Shown here one piece after another: positions 58,769 through 64,000 of a stretch of 64,000 nt of DNA. The notes beneath the pieces were generated by a model. The model was not told the origin of the DNA. It was given only the letters and a program-made list of their open reading frames with translations, and did no database searches. The stretch is from Bacteroidales bacterium (lineage in GTDB: Bacteria; Bacteroidota; Bacteroidia; Bacteroidales; UBA1715). The position numbers and the translations under genes were made by a program. The DNA is taken from positions 19,796-83,795 of the forward strand of contig JAWOEL010000130.1 of assembly GCA_046482735.1 (NCBI GenBank), read 5' to 3'. The stretch's first letter is position 1. Each line of letters begins with the position of its first letter.

Positions 58769-60439
58769 TTATATTTTTTGTATTTTCTGAACATAATGCA
58801 CCGTACCACAAGATACTATTACAACATATACACCTTCTTGTAAAAAATTCAAATCATCTATCTCATATTCTGTAACATAAGAAGTTAATGGAATCTGTTC
58901 AGAAACCATAACTTTACCCATCGATGAAAAAATTTGTATCTGTAACGTATCATAATCAGCATATAGTATATCAAATTTTAATTGAGATGAAAAAGGATTT
59001 GGATATACACGTGCATATTGCAATAAAGATTCATACAATTCTAACCGCAAATATTTACGTGCTTTTTGAAAATCCGGAATACCATACCCATATAAATCAT
59101 TGGGTGTATGAAATAAATGAGACGAAGCAATTACTGCTTCACGAATTTTTTGCGGCGGCACATCCGGAAACTCTTGCCATAAGCAAGCAACCATACCGGT
59201 CATAAGCGGTGCAGAAAAAGATGTTCCACCACTTGCCTGTTCTACATTACCAGCAGCTTGCATAACAGCAGGACGCACCCCCAATGTTGCGACCTCCGGC
59301 TTTACTCTATCATCAACAGAAGGACCTCTGGAGCTGAAAAAAGCAACAGTACTATCTCTATTAATAGCACCAACTGTAATAATACTATCTGCATCAGCAG
59401 GAGCTGTTATATAACGCCAATCACTATGCCCACTATTTCCTGCACTTGTTACCAGCAACATACCTTTTGCAGCAGCAATTTGTGAAGCTTGTGATATACG
59501 AGCAGACTGTCCATTCATATCATCATATGAATAATCCATAGAATCCTCATCAAATGTACTATATCCTAAAGATGTATTTATCACATCAGCACCAGCACTA
59601 TCTGCAAATTCTATAGCAGCAATCCAATTTTCTTCTTCAACAGGGTATTCTGTTGCACCCTCTTCGGTTCGCAATAACAAATATTCGGCTTGAGGTGCCG
59701 TACCAACCATTTTCCCGGACACATATCCGCCAATAAGCGACAACACAGCTGCACCATGATTTGCCTCCTCAAACACATCAATGTTTTTCCCTGAAAAATC
59801 TTTATATTCAATTATTTGATTATTCTGCCACAAATGCTGAAAAACCTGAGCTGAATCAACATGCAAAAAACCGGCATCAAGAACAGCAATACGCATCCCT
59901 TTACCCATATATCCATCCTTATGCATATCTATGCCATTTACTATAGCTATTTGATCGTACGAAATACCATAAAAACTTTCAGCAGAAAGCATAGAAATAT
60001 CAGTAAATCGGTGTGTTTTAGGTGTTACCGTATCTGCCAAAGTTACACGTTGAGGATGTGCTTCTGTTAATTGAGCAACACGCACACACTCGCGTACAAA
60101 AGGTAATTTTGTAATCTTTTGTACAACTTTATGTTCATGCACAGAATCTACTGCTATCACAATTGAGTTAAACCATTTTGAAGTATTGCACAAAGTCGTA
60201 TTATAGGTAAGTATTGTATCTATATACCATTGATTGACAGGTATATCATTGTGCGTAACAGGAATAGAAAAATTATCACGTCTTTCCAATGCTCTTAAAC
60301 TAAGAAATTCCTCTGGTTTATGAATTGAATATACGGAACTGTCTTTATCTGTAAAAGAAACTCGATACCGAGAACCAGTTTGAGCAAACATACAATTTGC
60401 AACAAAAAACAACACTATACATATTAAAATATGTTTCAT
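58769..60439 (-). CDS. S8 (subtilisin-family) serine peptidase with T9SS C-terminal sorting domain
   Basis: Signal peptide. Catalytic triad contexts VLDAGF, HGAAVLS and GGTSFSAPL. C-terminus VYPNPFSSQLKF...VVIVSCGTVHYVQKIQKI. Confidence 0.85.
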   Translation of the reverse strand: MKHILICIVLFFVANCMFAQTGSRYRVSFTDKDSSVYSIHKPEEFLSLRALERRDNFSIPVTHNDIPVNQWYIDTILTYNTTLCNTSKWFNSIVIAVDSVHEHKVVQKITKLPFVRECVRVAQLTEAHPQRVTLADTVTPKTHRFTDISMLSAESFYGISYDQIAIVNGIDMHKDGYMGKGMRIAVLDAGFLHVDSAQVFQHLWQNNQIIEYKDFSGKNIDVFEEANHGAAVLSLIGGYVSGKMVGTAPQAEYLLLRTEEGATEYPVEEENWIAAIEFADSAGADVINTSLGYSTFDEDSMDYSYDDMNGQSARISQASQIAAAKGMLLVTSAGNSGHSDWRYITAPADADSIITVGAINRDSTVAFFSSRGPSVDDRVKPEVATLGVRPAVMQAAGNVEQASGGTSFSAPLMTGMVACLWQEFPDVPPQKIREAVIASSHLFHTPNDLYGYGIPDFQKARKYLRLELYESLLQYARVYPNPFSSQLKFDILYADYDTLQIQIFSSMGKVMVSEQIPLTSYVTEYEIDDLNFLQEGVYVVIVSCGTVHYVQKIQKI

Positions 60440-60491
60440 ATTTTTATTTATTAATTGTAATTGTCATAATTTTTGGTCTCATCATGACAAT

Positions 60492-60528
60492 AAAAAAGCC
60501 ACCAATTTGCAAAAGGTGGCTTTTTTTA
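60492..60528 (-). terminator. Strong intrinsic terminator (symmetrical A/T flanks) lying upstream of the S8 gene and about 300 nt downstream of usp
   Basis: AAAAAGCCACC-AATTTGCAAAA-GGTGGCTTTTTTT. Confidence 0.7.
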
Positions 60529-60827
60529 TATGTTTATTATATTTGTCATAACTTAATCTGCAATTTCAGCAGAATAGAGCTCACCATAAAATTTAACCTG
60601 AACACATTATAAAAATAATTACAAAGTGCGAAATTCACTATTTTTAAATCATGGCTCGACTCATATGTGCATAAATTATTTTCAATGTTTATGACGTGTT
60701 TCAAAGTTTTCACCGAGATAAAACCGCCATACATCTAAAATTATGCTGAAAACAAACTACACAACATAAGAACCTTTAAAACAGGTATACATTACATTAT
60801 ACCCATGGCACACTATAGCTCGATTAT

Positions 60828-61670
60828 TTATAATAATTGATTATGAAACGACGAAAAACCAGCATATTTACCCTCTTTAGGGAAAACAGTAATAACTGAT
60901 ATCATTTTTTTGTTAGCAATTATTTTTTGTTCGGTAGCACCAAACATATAATCAGTTATTTCCAGTTTACGCAAAGTAGTAATTAATATTGCATTCGCAT
61001 TTATAGAATCGGCATAATCAACAACATTTTCAGAAAAATCTTTTTTCCCTTCATCATCTACTTGTACATACTCAATTTTATTTTTTTCTAACACACTTTT
61101 TGCATATACTAAATTAGAATAAATATTTTTCTTAAGTGCCGGATCTGTCGCTTTTTGCACATATAAATAAATTTTTGATTTGAAATATTTATTCAAATAA
61201 ATTGCCCACACAACTTTTTGTTTGTCCTCTTTTTTATAATCAATTGGGAACATAATATTTTCAAAATGTTCATCTTTAGGAGGACGTTGTACTACAATAA
61301 ACGGCATTTTTGACCCCTCAATAACCTTAAGCGCCCAACTACCGGTTAATTTTTGCACACCTTTAATGCCATGCGTACCCATAAAAACAAATACAGCCTC
61401 TAAAGAATTGGCCACATCTGTAATAGTTGTAAAAATACTTCCTTCTTTTACAATTGCTTCAGGTTTAAAATCATATTTCCTTTCCGCATCTTCTATTACA
61501 ATTTCTAAGCGTCTTTCAGCCTCTTCAATTTCTCGTTCTCTTTCTACTATGTGTAAAAGAGAAACTCTTGACCCAATTACTTTTGCAAATCGAATAGCAT
61601 GTTGCATTGCGTAATCAGCAACTCCTGAAAAATCCCATGCAACTAAAATTGTTTTATCCTTATGTTCCAT
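60828..61670 (-). CDS. Tandem universal stress protein (UspA family)
   Basis: Two Usp-like halves (ILVAWDFS...LLHIV...MGTHG; second half with ANAILITT). Confidence 0.75.
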   Translation of the reverse strand: MEHKDKTILVAWDFSGVADYAMQHAIRFAKVIGSRVSLLHIVEREREIEEAERRLEIVIEDAERKYDFKPEAIVKEGSIFTTITDVANSLEAVFVFMGTHGIKGVQKLTGSWALKVIEGSKMPFIVVQRPPKDEHFENIMFPIDYKKEDKQKVVWAIYLNKYFKSKIYLYVQKATDPALKKNIYSNLVYAKSVLEKNKIEYVQVDDEGKKDFSENVVDYADSINANAILITTLRKLEITDYMFGATEQKIIANKKMISVITVFPKEGKYAGFSSFHNQLL

Positions 61671-61691
61671 ATATATTTTATTAAAATTTAG

Positions 61692-61699
61692 TACATTTG
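61692..61699 (+). promoter_or_regulatory. Candidate -7 element (TACATTTG) for the sensor gene
   Basis: TAnnTTTG match 47 nt upstream of the TTG start at 61746. Confidence 0.35.
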
Positions 61700-61745
61700 A
61701 AAATATTTTCTAAATTAAAGTTTAAAAATAATACAAAAAAGTAAC

Positions 61746-64000
61746 TTGAGAAACATAATTTACATACTTTTTTTAATTTTATTTCCATTTTCTGGAGTTT
61801 TTTCACAAACAATAGAGCTTGGAGTACCTTTTTATGAAAATATTTCACCAAAAGAAATTGGGTACGGAGGCGATAATTTCACCATAACCCAAAATATGAA
61901 CGGTACAATGTATTTTGGTAACTTTAATGGTATACTTTCATATAATAACTTGTCGTGGGATTTAAAAAACTTTAATGGTAAACCAATTTTATATAGAGAT
62001 AAAGTTGGCCATATTTATATAGGAGGATATAATAAAATTCAGGAAATATCTTTAGATAACAATGGAAATACACATTACAAAAACTTAGTTAATTCATCTT
62101 CTGCTTATTTCGGACAAATTTCTTCCATTGAAACGTTTAGAAATCGCCTTTTCTTTATAGCAAACGACACATTATACAAAATATCAAAGAAAACTGTTGT
62201 ACCAATACACTCAGACTCTATACATTTAAAAATTTTCACCGAAAGAGATGCATTATTTGTTTCTACCTCCAAAAATCTTTACAAATACGATTTTGACAAA
62301 CTTATACTCACACAGTATAATGACTTTTTTAGAGACAAGCCGGTATATGATATTTTTAGATTCACCAATTGTATTATTTTTAGAACCCAACATGCTTTTT
62401 ACTCTGCTTCTCACGATAATCAAATAGAAAAATTTACAACAGAAATTGATTCTGATTTATCATTATTCGGATATAATTGTTCAGAACGCCTTTCAAACAA
62501 CACTCTAGCCATAGGAACAAAAAACAATGGGCTTTATTTTGTTGATAAAAACGGAAACCTGATAAATTATTTAAACGTTCAAACTGGTCTTTTTGACAAT
62601 ACAGTTCACGATTTATTTGTTGACGAATCGGACAACCTCTGGGCAGGATTCAGCAATGGTATTGCCCGCATAGAAGTTCCATCTGCTTTTACATATTTTA
62701 CTGCACGCCAAAATATTCATGGATCGGTACACAGCATTGTTCGGCACAATGGATTTATGTATTTCGGAACACAAAAAGGTATTTTCAAACTAACCCGAAC
62801 CGGTACTAATCATGAAACTTTTCAAACAATTTTTCCAGAACATGTTTCGTGCAATACTCTCATATCATATAAACAAACTCTATTTGCCGGCACCAACAAA
62901 GGATTATATGCAATTTCTGAATCGGAAACACAGAAAATTTCCGATTCTCCAATATCAGCAGCATGCATTTCTCTAGACTCAAGTTCAATTATATACACAG
63001 ACAACAACCATATTTATACTGTATCAATATCAGAAACCGAACAATACCTCCAGAAAACAAATACATACGGACCGGTTAATGGTGAAATACAATCTATTTC
63101 GCAAGATAAAAATGGAACAATTTGGATTGGCACCTATTATAATGGTATATATAAAATTTCTGATAATAGATTACAAAAATCTCATGAACGTGGGTTGCCC
63201 GAAAATATAGAATGGATAGAAGTATTTCATACATCACAAGGCACGTTATTTTCTTCGACCGAAGGGCTCTATAAATATGATAGTAATATTGATGTTTTTT
63301 ACGCTGACAACACTATTCCTCGCCCAACTATTCATAAAAATTCTCGCGTACGCTGCGTTGTTGAAGACGAAAACAAAAATATCTGGCTTACCTTTGCATC
63401 AGAGGGACTATACAAAAATAAAATTGCTGTTGCATGGCATACTCCGGGGCTCAATAGATATACACTTATAACATCTCAATTCAACAAACTCTCTTATTTT
63501 ATTTGCAATACTATTTTTCCAGACAAAAATTCTGTGGTATGGTATGGTGGTTTTGATGGACTTGTACGTTTAGACTTTAAACAATTATCAAACAAAAAAC
63601 AGCCTTTAGATACTTATATTCACAATATTACTATTGGTAAAGATTCAATTTTACATAATTACAAAAAATCTGGAGGTACTAAAAATGTTCAGATACCCTA
63701 CACTCACAATTCTATTCGATTTGACTTTGCATCTCCAATTTATGAAAACCATAATGAAGTAACCTATAAATACCGATTAAAAGGATTCCAAAAAAATTGG
63801 TCTCGAAAAACCAGTGCAAATTATAAAGAATTCTCTAACCTCCCGGCAGGAAAATACACCTTTGAAGTTCATGCTGTCGATGCTAATGGAAATAACGCAA
63901 AAATTGCAACATTTCATTTTAAAGTTACACAACACCCCCTCTTACGATGGTGGGCTATAATCTTTTACATTATTATACTTTCTTCGATAGTTGCTCTCAT
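61746..64000 (+). CDS. Two-component-regulator-propeller + Y_Y_Y domain sensor, N-terminal 751 codons (continues past the window end). Not in the supplied ORF track.
   Basis: The frame is open from the stop at 61716 to 64000 with no in-frame ATG near the 5' end. TTG at 61746 gives a signal peptide (M)RNIIYILFLILFPFSGVFSQ. Repeated G(L/I)Y..D..GN.W.GT propeller motifs. VTYKYRLKGFQKNWS...LPAGKYTFEVHAVDANGN is a Y_Y_Y domain, followed by a TM (WWAIIFYIIILSSIVAL). Confidence 0.8.
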   Translation, partial: MRNIIYILFLILFPFSGVFSQTIELGVPFYENISPKEIGYGGDNFTITQNMNGTMYFGNFNGILSYNNLSWDLKNFNGKPILYRDKVGHIYIGGYNKIQEISLDNNGNTHYKNLVNSSSAYFGQISSIETFRNRLFFIANDTLYKISKKTVVPIHSDSIHLKIFTERDALFVSTSKNLYKYDFDKLILTQYNDFFRDKPVYDIFRFTNCIIFRTQHAFYSASHDNQIEKFTTEIDSDLSLFGYNCSERLSNNTLAIGTKNNGLYFVDKNGNLINYLNVQTGLFDNTVHDLFVDESDNLWAGFSNGIARIEVPSAFTYFTARQNIHGSVHSIVRHNGFMYFGTQKGIFKLTRTGTNHETFQTIFPEHVSCNTLISYKQTLFAGTNKGLYAISESETQKISDSPISAACISLDSSSIIYTDNNHIYTVSISETEQYLQKTNTYGPVNGEIQSISQDKNGTIWIGTYYNGIYKISDNRLQKSHERGLPENIEWIEVFHTSQGTLFSSTEGLYKYDSNIDVFYADNTIPRPTIHKNSRVRCVVEDENKNIWLTFASEGLYKNKIAVAWHTPGLNRYTLITSQFNKLSYFICNTIFPDKNSVVWYGGFDGLVRLDFKQLSNKKQPLDTYIHNITIGKDSILHNYKKSGGTKNVQIPYTHNSIRFDFASPIYENHNEVTYKYRLKGFQKNWSRKTSANYKEFSNLPAGKYTFEVHAVDANGNNAKIATFHFKVTQHPLLRWWAIIFYIIILSSIVAL

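Noticed and set aside
1-64000. Whole-window scan for CRISPR arrays, IS elements or transposases, integrases, prophage genes, and rRNA/tRNA genes
   Set aside because: None was recognised. The only long-range DNA similarity seen is between the two paralogous lipoprotein genes.

Overview
This is an AT-rich chromosomal segment that looks like a Bacteroidota genome. The hallmarks are two proteins with T9SS C-terminal sorting domains, gldE/gldD, DUF2723 and YfhO membrane proteins, and TAnnTTTG -7 promoter motifs. All functional calls come from reading motifs in the translations; I ran no database search. I support about 50 protein-coding genes, most of them housekeeping. They include rimP (partial), pckA, xth, rsgA, a csp, kdsB, panB, leuS, ispD, dgt-like, purH, mreBCD-mrdA-rodA, ssb, gldE, gldD, galE, rseP, dxr, thiL, a LolD-like ATPase and a Ca/Na antiporter. 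I saw no rRNA, tRNA, CRISPR array, transposase, integrase or phage gene. Two real ORFs are missing from the supplied track because they touch the window edges: rimP (complement 1-420) and a TTG-initiated propeller/Y_Y_Y sensor (61746-64000). The track also uses GTG/TTG starts, so I revised several starts to downstream ATGs (2674, 4587, 8562, 14033, 22820, 22883, 27213, 34005, 49834, 54090). The only accessory-looking stretch is about 8.3-20.1 kb. It holds a 1,759-aa mosaic M43-metalloprotease T9SS cargo protein, followed by a five-gene cluster at 14033-20138 whose junctions all overlap. That cluster encodes two paralogous lipoproteins, an exported VanX-type peptidase, a roughly 12-TM GT-C-like protein and a VanW-family protein. 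It is my best candidate for an undescribed cell-envelope system, but novelty cannot be established without homology and synteny searches. Smaller observations are a promoter-plus-terminator leader in front of rimP, a near-perfect ~50-nt palindrome after yfhO, and an orphan terminator-bounded unit between usp and an S8 protease. There is also a 48-codon ORF upstream of dgt and a hairpin between mreB and mreC.
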